Source of the DNA: Nitrospirota bacterium
Lineage (GTDB): Bacteria > Nitrospirota > JACRHJ01
Direction: 5' to 3'
Length of the DNA: 64,000 bases
NCBI GenBank assembly: GCA_963733375.1
Contig: CAVTDB010000026.1
Span: 160,001 to 224,000 of the forward strand
A program made the translations under genes and the position numbers. The notes below the pieces were generated by a model. It was given only the letters and a program-made list of their open reading frames with translations. It made no database searches and had not been told where the DNA came from. Of this stretch, positions 29,887-40,592 are shown one piece after another. Position 1 is the first letter of the stretch, and every line of letters begins with the position of its first letter.

Positions 29887-31483
29887 TTAAGAGACCCGGA
29901 ATTTATAGACCTCGTTCGTGCCGGGGTCTATCACGTGTACCGTACAGGCGAGGCACGGGTCGAAAGAATGCACCACGCGCAGGATTTCCAGGGGCTTCGC
30001 CGGATCCACGACGGGAGTCCCGATGAGGGCCTCCTCTATCGGCCCGCGTATGCCCTTGTCGTCTCTCGGCCCCACGTTCCAGGTAGTCGGTACGACCAAC
30101 TGGTAGCTTTTCAGCACCTTGTTCTCGATGGTGTTCCAATGTCCTAACGCGCCCCGCGGCGCTTCCCAGAGGCCGATGCCGCTTGCCTTGTCCGGCAGCT
30201 CGTACTGCTGGAAGAGCTTGGTATCGCCGGCGCCTAAATTCTTTGCGAGCTGGGCCGTCCAGCCCACCATCGCATCGGCGACAATCTTCGTCTCAAGCGC
30301 CCTTGCCGCGATTCGGCCAAGCACGGACATCAGGACCTCCGGCTTTCCCGCCACTCCCAGCGCTTTCAGCGTGCCGTCGATAAGTTCCTTCGCCTGCGGC
30401 TGTCCTGAAACATATGCCACCAGCATTCTGGACAGTGCGCCGACTTCCATAGGCTTGCCGTTAAGCCTGGGAGCCTTTGCCCAGGTATATTTGGAATTTG
30501 TATCAAAACCGGTATAATCCGGCAGCGTCTCGCCCTGCGCCGGGTTGAGGGCGGGGCCCTTCTTGTAGAAGCCGTGGGTGACGTCCTCCGTGACCATCTC
30601 CGGGCCGACCTTCTGAGGCGTGAGGCCCTTGTCCGCAAACACCGCGCCGCGGGGCAGAAGCCTCTTGTACGGGTCCCTGGTCGCCAGGTCTTCGAACACG
30701 CCCCAGGCCAGGTAATTTCCGTGCCCCTTGCCTATGCCCGCCCAGTCGAGATAAAAAGGCGCCACGGCAAGGACGTCCGGGATGAACACAGTTGTCAATG
30801 AACGTTTGAAGCTTCTTCAGCCTGTAAAGGAAGTGGGCTATCAGATCCAGGTTGACTATCGCGTTTACGCCTCCGGGCGGCGAGGTCATGGTCATGGGCA
30901 TCCTGCCGCCGAACAGGGCGGACATGCTCGCGGCTTCCGCCTGCATGTCGAGCGCGTCCAGATAATGCGAGACTGCCAGCAGGTTAACCTCCGGCGGCAG
31001 CTTATATGCCGGATGTCCCCAGTAGGCATTTGCAAATGGGCCGAGCTGGCCGGACTCCACGAACGTCTTCAGCTTGCCTTGTACGGCCAGGAGTTTCGGG
31101 TCGCTCGTTTTCGCCGAGAGCGCGGAAACCACGTCCACGTAATCCAGCGCCGCCAAGTGGTAAAACCAGAGTATGTGCGAGTGCAGGAACTGGCAGCCTT
31201 CTATCATGTTCCTCAGTATCAAGGCGTTGTCCGGTATCTTCACCTTGAAAGAGTCGTCCAGGCTCATCGAGGCGGTATGGCCATGGGAGGTGGGGCAGAC
31301 GCCGCATACCCGCTGGGTAAACTGCCAGGCGTCCCTGGGGTCTCTGCCCTGGAGAATTATCTCGAATCCCCGGAAGAGAGTGCCGGAAGTCCAGGCGTCT
31401 TTTACCTTGCCCCCTTCAACCTCGACTTCGAGCTTTAAGTGGCCCTCTATTCTGGTTATGGGATCTATTACTATTCTAGCCAT
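29887..31483 (-). CDS. Group 1 [NiFe] hydrogenase large subunit; frameshift near 30795
   Basis: IDPITRIEGHL, L1 RVCGVCPTSH, EAPRGALGHW, L2 HSFDPCLACTVH plus C-terminal extension. Confidence 0.93.
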
Positions 31484-31484
31484 A

Positions 31485-32549
31485 TTATTTCTCCTCCTTC
31501 TTGCTGCCTTTGCCGGCAGTAATGGCGGCATGTGCCGCAATACCGACAACCGTCGCGGCGCCAACTACTTTGCCTATGGTGTCGGCGGAGGTTTCGCCGC
31601 CGAAGCCGGGAACCGATACGTTCTTTAGTTGGGCGTAGAACGGGTGGAATACGTCCGGCCACTTCATGTCGTAACAGCCTATGCACGGCCCGCCCGCCAT
31701 GATGCACCAGCTCGCATTGTCGTTGTAACGGATAGTGGGGCAGGGGGCGTACGTCATCGGGCCCTTGCAGCCCATCTTGTACAGGCAGTACCCTTTATCC
31801 ATTTCAGGGGTGCCGAAAGCCTCCACGAACTTGCCCGCCTCGAAATATGCCCGGCGCTCGCATTGCTCATGGATGGTCTTGGAATAGAACATCTTGGGCC
31901 TGCCCATCTCGTCCAAATCCGGGAGCTTGCCGAAAAGCAGGTAATTCACGATTACCGCCACCAGCATCTTCGGGTCCGCGGGACAGCCCGGAAGGTTCAC
32001 GTTCTTTATCCCCATCGGCCCAAGGACATCGGGTACGCTCATGAGGCCCGCCGGGTTCGGCGCCGCGCCCGGTACGCCCGTATTCGTCGCGCAGGAGCCT
32101 ATCGCCACGACGGCGGCGGCCTTCGGTGCGGCCTCCTTGACAATGTCTATAAAATCCTTGCCATGAATGGTGCCGTAGCCCTTTTTGGAAGGCATGGAAC
32201 CCTCGATGACGAATATGAACCCGCCCTTGTCCACCGCGTTATGGAAATTTTCCTCCGCCTGATCGCCGGCCGCGGCCATAACCGTATCATTGAAATCAAG
32301 ACTGATTATGTCCAGTATTATCTCGGCGGGGCCAGGGTTTTTGGCCTTGATGAACATCTCGGTGCAGCCGGAGTCGCAGGCCAGGGTCAGCCATACGACG
32401 GAGGGCCGCTTTGCAGCGGTAGTCACGGCCTGAGCGATTTGAGGTATGTATGCCTCGGACAGCCCCAGGATAGCGGCGGTGGCGCCGCAGAACTTGAGGA
32501 AGTCTCTCCTCTTCATGTGTTTTAGGGCATTCTGTGAATTGCTCCGCAT
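31485..32549 (-). CDS. [NiFe] hydrogenase small subunit (Tat-exported, C-terminal anchor)
   Basis: RRDFLK, GSCA, PGCP, IHEQCERR, CLYKMGCKGP, CIGC, C-terminal TM with His. Confidence 0.93.
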   Translation of the reverse strand: MRSNSQNALKHMKRRDFLKFCGATAAILGLSEAYIPQIAQAVTTAAKRPSVVWLTLACDSGCTEMFIKAKNPGPAEIILDIISLDFNDTVMAAAGDQAEENFHNAVDKGGFIFVIEGSMPSKKGYGTIHGKDFIDIVKEAAPKAAAVVAIGSCATNTGVPGAAPNPAGLMSVPDVLGPMGIKNVNLPGCPADPKMLVAVIVNYLLFGKLPDLDEMGRPKMFYSKTIHEQCERRAYFEAGKFVEAFGTPEMDKGYCLYKMGCKGPMTYAPCPTIRYNDNASWCIMAGGPCIGCYDMKWPDVFHPFYAQLKNVSVPGFGGETSADTIGKVVGAATVVGIAAHAAITAGKGSKKEEK

Positions 32550-32864
32550 TTTCCCGTTCCTTTCGCTTGGGTTAAACGCAATGTTCCCGAAGGCGCATCA
32601 CTCCTTCAAGGCCGCTCATCCCCCGAAACTCAAAACCCCCGGGTCCTTCAGCATGGAGACATCCCCCAAATCGGATAAGCCCTGTCCTCACATTATTTCA
32701 ATTTCTTAAATTTCTTATAGGTATGGCAGTGTCTGGCGGATTACTATTAGAGAACAGTATAGCAAAAAAATAAAAATTTGGGCAAGAAAATCCATTGTTT
32801 AGCGAAATTAGCTTCTTTGGCGGTCAGCGAAAGGAGTTTTTGAGTCACCGGCTGGGAAAAACTT

Positions 32865-35420
32865 TTAATTTAACCCGTATTTTCCGGCAAGAAATTCGGC
32901 GGTATACCGAGTTACCAGCTCGTCAGAGTTCAACATGGCATCGAGCTGTCTGGTGTAAGATATAAGCCTGCCGAGCTGGTCGAGCAATTCCTGGACCCTG
33001 TCCTGGCTTATATTAGAGAGCCTGGCGACCAGAAGGTCTCCCTTTATGTTAAGGCCGAACCCATGCTCCTTTAAAACCTCCGCTATGAAGGTCACCCTCC
33101 TTGAGCGCTTCACGATGTCGGTAGCGCCTCCGACGAACCGGAAGTAAATGTGGTTATTCCGCGCTTTTTCGCTGCAGTAGCAGTCGATCATGTTGAAGTG
33201 ATAGCCGAACCGCAGATTCAAACTTACATATTCTCTCGAAACCACGGCCAGATTGTATCCTACGTAACTTTCCGCATCATTCCGGATATCGGGCATACGG
33301 ACCATGCTTGAAAGAAAATCCCTGACATTCAGCGAGACCGTTTCCGAATGCCACACGCCAGGATAAGTCATCCCCTTTAATATACTGGCAAGCGGTAAGG
33401 ACGACACCTGTTCGATGCCGATTTTATCTTTCTTGTCAAGAAGAGTGAGTCCGCCGCCGATATCGACCACCATCAACGCCGCCGGTATCGGGAGTTCAAG
33501 TCTTACGGTTGCCTGACTCTTTGCATTTACGCCTCTGTGCCTCGCCTCATCGATAAGCTCTGTAACCGACTTCTCGTGCATAAACCTCAGTACGTCATGG
33601 ATAGTCCGGCATCCTTCTACCGTAAAATCCTCCATCAGCGGGTCAACGAGATGAAGGGGCGAGATATATCTCAAAAGCTGCCTTTTCTTTCGATACTCGC
33701 CGATACCCTCCATGCCGAACACGCTTTCCCTGGAGGCCTTTACCAGTTCTTTGATAAATCCTTCATAAACTCTGGCGTTACCTTCCTTATCTATATGTAA
33801 GGTTACAACCTTGCCTTCCTTCAGTATTTTTGTCGCATCGCCGGCATTGACCAAAGTCGGGATTTTGAATTCACGGCAGACTGAAGCCATGTGGCTGACA
33901 GGCGCGCCCGTATCCGTTATGATGGCGGAAATGTACGGCATGACCTTTACGAATTTCGAGGAGTCGGTCCTGGCGACCAGGACTGCCCCTCTGGGGATAT
34001 TTTCGATCTCGTCGTCACGGTTTATTATGAAAACCGCCCCTGCGCCCGTACCCCTCTGGACTACGGTCCCCTTGCCTTCCATTATGACGGCGGCTTCGGC
34101 GGGTACGGAATATCCTGGTCCCGTTCCCGGCCCTCCTCCAACCGAAGCGGCCTCGCCTGGAGAATATATATAACGCCATCTTTGTCCGCCGCCCATTCAA
34201 TATCCTGCGGCCCTCCAAAATGCCTTTCTATTAAAACGGCCTGGGACGCAAGCTCGTATACCTGCTCGTCCGTAAGGCAAGGCGTATTAATTTTATCGGC
34301 CGGCGTGGCCATGGCTTCTATTCCGCCGTCGCTCAAAAGCACGGCCATCGAATCTTTTCTGCCCGTCTTTCTATCCGTTATTTTAAAGCCCGGATTTTTA
34401 TCAGTGGGTTTTTTTACCATGAACAGGTCGGGCTCCACCGTTCCGTCGACCACCGAGACGCCGAGCCCCCATGAGGCGTTAATCATTATATCCGCCGCGT
34501 TATCGGGACTACTCGAAAATATCACGCCGCTTGAAACCGCATCTATCTGCAGGACGCACCCTACCGCCATCTTCATGCTTCCCGCGTCATGGCCCGTATT
34601 CTTCAGATACGCGGCCGCGTCCCTGGAAAAGAGACTTGCTATTACCTCTTTGTAGGCCGCTTCTATCGAATTTTTCTCGGCAGGCACGTTAAGGACAGTC
34701 TTGAACTGTCCGGCAAAAGTAAATTCGCCGTCCTCCTCTTCCGCGCTGCTTCTCACTGCGACAAAACATGGGGTCTTGCATACCCGATTTTAAAATTGCA
34801 AGAGCGTTGCCTATATCGTCCGAGACTGCCGGAGGGATTTCCCCGTTTAACACCAGATCGCACAGCCTGTCGAGCTGTTCATCCTCTAGAGAGCCTGCGC
34901 TGGACAGGCCTTCTATCATTGTCTCGAGATGGTTATGCTGGGTGAACATTTCGTAGGCGCGGGTCGTTATGGCGAAGCCGGGCGGGACGTTCAGTTTCAG
35001 CTGGTTTTTCATTTCCGCGAGGTTTAAATTTTTGCCGCCTACCTCGTGCGTCATGTCCCAGCCTATATCATCGTATGATACGACAGCCTTCGCGAAAACG
35101 ACGGCCGTGTCTTTTATGGCCGCATTTATCCGGGAGTCGATGCCGTCAAAAGTTTCCTGAAGGCGTGAATATTTTTTTTGGGTGAGCGCGTCGAACTTTT
35201 GAATTGAAGCGCCGACGGCATTATTGAGTTTATGATAGGCCGATTTGATGTAAATTATATCGAACAGGTAGTCCCCGCCGAGTTTCTCTCCCAAATCGGT
35301 GATGATATCAAGAGCCCTGTTGTTGCTGTCGATGATTTCTTTAAAAAGTTTGAACTGGTCCTGCCATGGAGGTTTCTTCCCGTTAAACTTTTCAGTTAAA
35401 AAGCTTTTAAGGTTAAACAT
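32865..35420 (-). CDS. PEP synthase/PPDK-like (PEP/pyruvate-binding) protein; two frameshifts (~34760, ~34100-34190)
   Basis: VGGKNLNL, VPPGFAITT, RSSA..ED..FTFAGQF, QDIEWA..LQARPL, SHMASVCREF, LRFGYHF. Confidence 0.8.
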
Positions 35421-35484
35421 GGATTGCTCCGGGGTCCCTTTTCAAAGACGCCTTATCATAACTCCGGCAGTCTTTGCTCCGCCA

Positions 35485-36889
35485 TCATTTTACCACTTTA
35501 CTGGTTGGAAGCTCTATAGAAAAGGTAGTGCCGGTCCCCAATCCGCTGTCAACCTTAATATTGCCGCCATGGTTCTTGATTATGCCGTAGCTGACGGATA
35601 AACCAAGTCCGGTGCCTCGCCACGCCCTTGGTGCTGAAAAACGGGTCGAATACGTGCGGGAGAAATTCCGGAGATATCCCCAGGCCCGTATCCGTTACGC
35701 ATATCTCAATCATGTCCTTTTTCTTATTATGTTTTGCCCCGATATTCAGCCAGCCGCCCTCCGGCATCGCCTGCGAGGCATTTACCAGAAGGTTTACAAG
35801 GACCTGTTGTATCTGGTGCTGATCGACCATGACGTGAGGAAGTTTGTTCTTGAGGTTTGCACGGACTTCTATCTTGTTTATATCCAGCATGTTTTGTACA
35901 AGGTTAAGGGAGGTGCGAATAACGTCTTTAATATCGGCGTCCCCGAACACCGCCATCTTTGGCTTTGAGAAATCGAGCAGGTTTTTAACTATCTCCTTAA
36001 TCCTGTCGGCCTCCGACTCGACCTTCTTCATAAACTCTATGCGGTCCTGCCGGCTCATGCTGTCATAGACTTCGGCATAGGTCTGGGCTATCATGGATAT
36101 GTTGTTCAACGGGTTTGTTATTTCGTGAGCTACGCCCGCGGTCAGTATGCCCATTGAGGCCAATTTTTTGGACTGGAGCAGTTCCTCTTCGTGGGTCTTC
36201 AATTCTTCGGACATGGAGTTTACTGCCTTTATGACGGAACCAAGCTCATCGTTGGACTCCACTCCGTCAATCTTTTCAAAATTACCCGATGCTATGGTGT
36301 TGGCCAGGGCTTCTATTTTTCTTAGCGACCTTAAAATTTTTTGCGAAACAAGATGGCTTACGGCAATCGCGGAGAGGATTATGCCTATTACGGAAAACAG
36401 CATAATTTGCTTCGTGCTGGAGAGGATGTTTCCCACCCGTATCCGCTCTAAATGGACCATTGATTCAGAGAATTCCCGAAGTTTTTTGCCTTCGGTCCGC
36501 AGCTTTGTCTCACATCTCCGGTTCTTATTATCGCAAGTTACAATCGACTCGTTGACCGCGCGGTAGTAGTTATCGATGTATGTCTTGATTTTAACGAGGT
36601 TTTCGTTTCCAACCGCGCGGGAAATATCTTTACTCGCAGAGTCCACGGTACTTTTCGCGGTTTTTAACTTGTCCTGTATTTCGGTCAGCGCGGAGGGGTT
36701 ATTATAGAGGAAGTAGTTCTTCTCCGAAAGCCGCATTTCCAGGAAGGATGCGTTCAAGTCGTCGGCAATCTCCACGAACCTAAGCTTTGTAAGCACGACA
36801 TTCAGCGACTGAACGGCAAAAAAGCCTATCAGCATCATGAGGCCAACATTTACAATGTTGGACATCACTATCTTCTGCTCTATTTTCAT
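35485..36889 (-). CDS. Sensor histidine kinase (HAMP); frameshift near 35615
   Basis: Two TM helices, [35 protein letters not shown]; GTGLGL in the adjacent frame, stop at 35485. Confidence 0.88.
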
Positions 36890-36998
36890 ACATCCCTCAG
36901 GCGGCAGGCTGTATTAAAAACCCGGCCTGACTTCGGGAAAGCGGCCGTCATGAGATACGTGCCGACCATCGGATTGATTCCTTCGCGTTACTAAACCG

Positions 36999-37781
36999 TC
37001 AATGCGCACCCCCACCGCCCTTGCCAAAAATGATCCCGACGCCAAAGCCCGCGCTTATCGCCGACACGATGGCGAGTATGCCGTATAAAGCGCCCTGGTT
37101 TTTGGCCATATCCGCAAGCTTCTTTACAACACCCACCTGCTCCACGGTCACTTTGGACGAGGCTTGTTCGACTATTTTCCGATCTTTTACCGCATAGACC
37201 GTGACCAGGTAATCTCCGGGGGGGGCCTGATAAGGCCAATTGAACTTCATGGAATACTTCTGTTTGCCGCCTTCGCTGGAGACCTGAAATTTGGCGCAGG
37301 AATTAGCGAAAAGTTTCTTTGATTCCTTATATCTTACAAATTCGCCGAACCATTTATTCTTTTCCGTCTGGTCTTTTGCCGGCTCCATGTTCATGTGCCG
37401 TTGCAAGGCGGGATAGCCGAGCACACAGCGGTCCTGTTCGCATACGGCCAGCATCTCGTCGAGCTTTTTTGAACACTGGACGAAATACAGGTTAGGCACC
37501 TTCTCGCATTTTAGTTCGCCGACATTCATCCACAGCGCTCCGGCTACCTTGCCCTTCATCTTCAGGGCCTGGTGGCATTCCGGGGAGGTCACGGCTATTA
37601 TATAGTCATACCCCGGGTCGGACAGGCCTGAGACGCTGAGCTCGGTCCCGCTGTAAAAGAAGCCAATGGATATGTTGTCGTTGCTTGTTTTCTCGGTAAG
37701 AAATGCGGAAGCCCCGGTCGAGAACGCCGCGATGAATAAAGTGGTTAACGCAAGAGATAATATTTTAATTTTAATTTTCAT
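36999..37781 (-). CDS. TIGR02186-family membrane-anchored protein
   Basis: ISIGFFYSG, KGKVAGALWMN, WPYQAPPGDY, C-terminal TM; downstream of tauE. Confidence 0.75.
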   Translation of the reverse strand: MKIKIKILSLALTTLFIAAFSTGASAFLTEKTSNDNISIGFFYSGTELSVSGLSDPGYDYIIAVTSPECHQALKMKGKVAGALWMNVGELKCEKVPNLYFVQCSKKLDEMLAVCEQDRCVLGYPALQRHMNMEPAKDQTEKNKWFGEFVRYKESKKLFANSCAKFQVSSEGGKQKYSMKFNWPYQAPPGDYLVTVYAVKDRKIVEQASSKVTVEQVGVVKKLADMAKNQGALYGILAIVSAISAGFGVGIIFGKGGGGAH

Positions 37782-37783
37782 GA

Positions 37784-38713
37784 TTAATGGCCTCCTCCCA
37801 TACCAAGAAGCAGTGACGGCGTAAGCGTTAGGTCGAATATCATCTTCACCGTTACGATGAGCGCGATCGCCGCGAGGAGTATCTTCAGCTGGTCCGCCTT
37901 CAGTTTTCTGCCGAAGTAAGTCCCTACCTGCGCGCCGAGTGTCGAACCCACAAGAAGCAGGACGGCTAAAACAAAGTCCACGCTGTGGTTTGTGTAGGCT
38001 TGCAGGAACGTGACCTCGATACAAGTGAACAGTATCTGGAACAGGCTTGTGCCGACAACGACATGCATGGGCATCCTTAAGATGTAGACCATTACCGGGA
38101 CCATCAGGAAGCCGCCGCCCACGCCCATAATTGCGGCCAGGACGCCGACAATCCAGCCGAAGAATATCGGAACTATCAAGGAATGCGTGACGCCAGACTT
38201 GTCGAACCGGGTCTGGAGCGGAAGGCTGGCCAGGAATCTGACCATCGCCGATTCGCCGGCGGGCTTTGCCTTCTCCGTGGTGGCCGCTTTGTTCTTTTTC
38301 ATGCTGGCAAAGCTCTCATAGAACATGTAGCCGCCGATTATGCCAAGCATTATTACATAGGTCATTTTGATTACAAAATCAGCGTTGCCCGTGGCCTTGA
38401 GGATCTTTATGGCCTGCACGCCGAAAAGGCCGCCGGTGAAACCGCCCACCAGAAGGTAGGCGCCCATTTTGAAGTCTACGTTGCCTACCTTCCAGTGCGC
38501 GTAAGTCCCGGAAGACGAGGCCGCCACTATCTGGTTCGAGTCAGTCGCCGCCGCGACCGTGGAAGGTATTCCGAACATTATCAGGAGCGGGGTCATAAGC
38601 CATCCGCCGCCCACGCCAAATAGGCCGGAAAGAAGCCCTACGGCCAGCCCGAGGCCGACCGGGACCAGTATGTTTATGCTTGTGAGAGCGACAGGCAGAT
38701 ACAGGTGCATCAT
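37784..38713 (-). CDS. Sulfite exporter TauE/SafE family permease
   Basis: GLFGVGGGWLMTP and GVGGGFLMVP duplicated motifs, GTSLFQ. Confidence 0.9.
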   Translation of the reverse strand: MMHLYLPVALTSINILVPVGLGLAVGLLSGLFGVGGGWLMTPLLIMFGIPSTVAAATDSNQIVAASSSGTYAHWKVGNVDFKMGAYLLVGGFTGGLFGVQAIKILKATGNADFVIKMTYVIMLGIIGGYMFYESFASMKKNKAATTEKAKPAGESAMVRFLASLPLQTRFDKSGVTHSLIVPIFFGWIVGVLAAIMGVGGGFLMVPVMVYILRMPMHVVVGTSLFQILFTCIEVTFLQAYTNHSVDFVLAVLLLVGSTLGAQVGTYFGRKLKADQLKILLAAIALIVTVKMIFDLTLTPSLLLGMGGGH

Positions 38714-38759
38714 TTTAATCCTCCATGTTTTTGAGGCCGGTTTCCAAAGCCGGGCCCGC

Positions 38760-39128
38760 CTATGCCGATTTTGCCGGCTTGGCGATTGTGACCACTTGCG
38801 TAGTCGCTGATTTTAAAAGCCTGTTCAGCTCTTTTGACGAAAGCCTCTCGTTTCCGGTCACGGTCGCGCCCAGCAGCACCGTCTCGACGTTCAATTGTTT
38901 CAAGGCCTCGCGTATCGCCGGGAGAAATTCTTTTTCAGAACTGATTATTTCGGTCTTTATTCCGCCGTTGCCATTATTATTGGGCGCCGTGGCGCTTGTC
39001 TCGGATTCGGACGCGGGAGACTGTATCAGCAGGATTGACAGGTCCTTGTCGAGCGTCCTGGCAAGCTCTATCGCGTAAGACAGCCCGTCGTCGTTCTGGC
39101 AAGTTACAAAAAGCAGGCTTCTCCTCAT
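38760..39128 (-). CDS. Hypothetical protein (USP-like small alpha/beta)
   Basis: 122 aa ORF with GGAGG SD; LSYAIELA...LSILL; first gene after the sigma54 promoter. Confidence 0.6.
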   Translation of the reverse strand: MRRSLLFVTCQNDDGLSYAIELARTLDKDLSILLIQSPASESETSATAPNNNGNGGIKTEIISSEKEFLPAIREALKQLNVETVLLGATVTGNERLSSKELNRLLKSATTQVVTIAKPAKSA

Positions 39129-39160
39129 TCCTACCTCCGGTTAAACTAACCCGATATAAT

Positions 39161-39177
39161 AGCAATAAGGATGCCAG
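39161..39177 (-). promoter_or_regulatory. Sigma54 (-24/-12) promoter
   Basis: Minus strand CTGGCATCCTTATTGCT = GG-N10-GC; IHF-like TAACTTATTGAAA at 39182-39194; the adjacent gene encodes a sigma54 activator. Confidence 0.8.
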
Positions 39178-39260
39178 AATGTAACTTATTGAAAAGACAT
39201 GGATTTTACTAAGAAAGTCAAAAGAGGAGATTGTTGCAATATGGAACTGCGTTGAACGGC

Positions 39261-40592
39261 TTATTCGTTTTTCAATATCCTCCAAAGGCTCGTCCGCGAT
39301 ATCCCCAATGCCTCCGCAGCCTTTGTTTTATTGCCTCCGAGGATATCCAGAACCTTTTCTACATAAGCCCGGTTCAACACCTCGATAGTCTTTATGTCAC
39401 CAGGTTCGAATGTATCAATCTGAAACATCTTTAGACTTTGCGGCAGGCTTTCCGGGGTTATCTCATGGCTTCTTTCAAGGATGGTCGCGCGCTCGATAAT
39501 ATTTTCAAGCTCGCGTACATTGCCCGGATATGTGTATTCTTTCAGAATTTTCATCGCTGCCTTGTTTATCCCGGAAATTTTCTTTCGGGATTTCGGCAGG
39601 TGCTTTTCGAGCAGGAACCTGGCGAGAGGCTCTATATCGTCCTTCCTTTCGCGAAGCGGCGGGATGAATATTTCCATCACGTTCAGCCGGTAGTACAAGT
39701 CCTCGCGGAACCTGCCTTCGGCAATGATAGACTTCACGTTCCGGTTGGTTGCGGCTATGAACCGGACATCGACGCTTACCGTCTTTGTCCCGCCCACGCG
39801 GTAAAACTCGCCCTCCTCAATGACCTTGAGTAGCTTCGCCTGGAGGCTGGGGGCCATTTCGGCAATCTCGTCTAAAAAAAGAGTGCCGGTGTTCGCAATC
39901 TCGACCAGGCCCTGCTTTTTCTTTACCGCGCCCGTGAAAGCCCCCCGTTCGTGGCCAAACAGCTCGCTCGCCAGCAGCTCCTCCGTAAGGGTGGCGCAGT
40001 TCAGGGACAGGAAGGGAGCGTCCTGTCTCCGGCTCGTATAGTGGATTATCTTGGCAAGGAGGCTCTTGCCTACGCCGGACTCGCCCGTCAGGAAGATGTT
40101 GCATTCCGATTCCTTCAGGCTTTCGATGGTCCTGAGGATCTCGTTCATGCTGGCGCTCTTGGCTATTATGGAAATCTTTCGCAGTTCGCTTGAGATGGTG
40201 CGGACAGGCAGGCTCTGCTTGATAAGCCCCTTCCGCTCGAATATCTTCCTGACCGTCGTAACCAGCTCGTCCAGCACGAAAGGCTTCGTAATATAATCCA
40301 GCGCTCCAAGCTTGATCGCCTCCAGTGCCGAATCAATGCTGCCGTAGCCGGTGATTATAATAACATCGACCTCCGGGTGTTTCTCTTTCACCTTGGGCAG
40401 CAAGTCAAGACCCGTCATCCCCGGCATTTTTACGTCCGCGATAAGAAGGTCGAAATCGCGCTCCTCGAGCAAAGCCCAGGCGTCCAGCCCGTTATATACG
40501 GACATCACCCTGTGGCCTTCCCTTTCCAGGGTGCTCTTCAAGTGCTTCTGCGTTATCTCCTCGTCCTCGGCTATCAGAATGTCATACGGCAT
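39261..40592 (-). CDS. Sigma54-dependent response regulator (NtrC/AtoC family)
   Basis: Receiver domain (DVKMPG), GESGVGKS, ELFGHERGAFTGA, FREDLYYRLNV, Fis-type HTH. Confidence 0.93.
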   Translation of the reverse strand: MPYDILIAEDEEITQKHLKSTLEREGHRVMSVYNGLDAWALLEERDFDLLIADVKMPGMTGLDLLPKVKEKHPEVDVIIITGYGSIDSALEAIKLGALDYITKPFVLDELVTTVRKIFERKGLIKQSLPVRTISSELRKISIIAKSASMNEILRTIESLKESECNIFLTGESGVGKSLLAKIIHYTSRRQDAPFLSLNCATLTEELLASELFGHERGAFTGAVKKKQGLVEIANTGTLFLDEIAEMAPSLQAKLLKVIEEGEFYRVGGTKTVSVDVRFIAATNRNVKSIIAEGRFREDLYYRLNVMEIFIPPLRERKDDIEPLARFLLEKHLPKSRKKISGINKAAMKILKEYTYPGNVRELENIIERATILERSHEITPESLPQSLKMFQIDTFEPGDIKTIEVLNRAYVEKVLDILGGNKTKAAEALGISRTSLWRILKNE

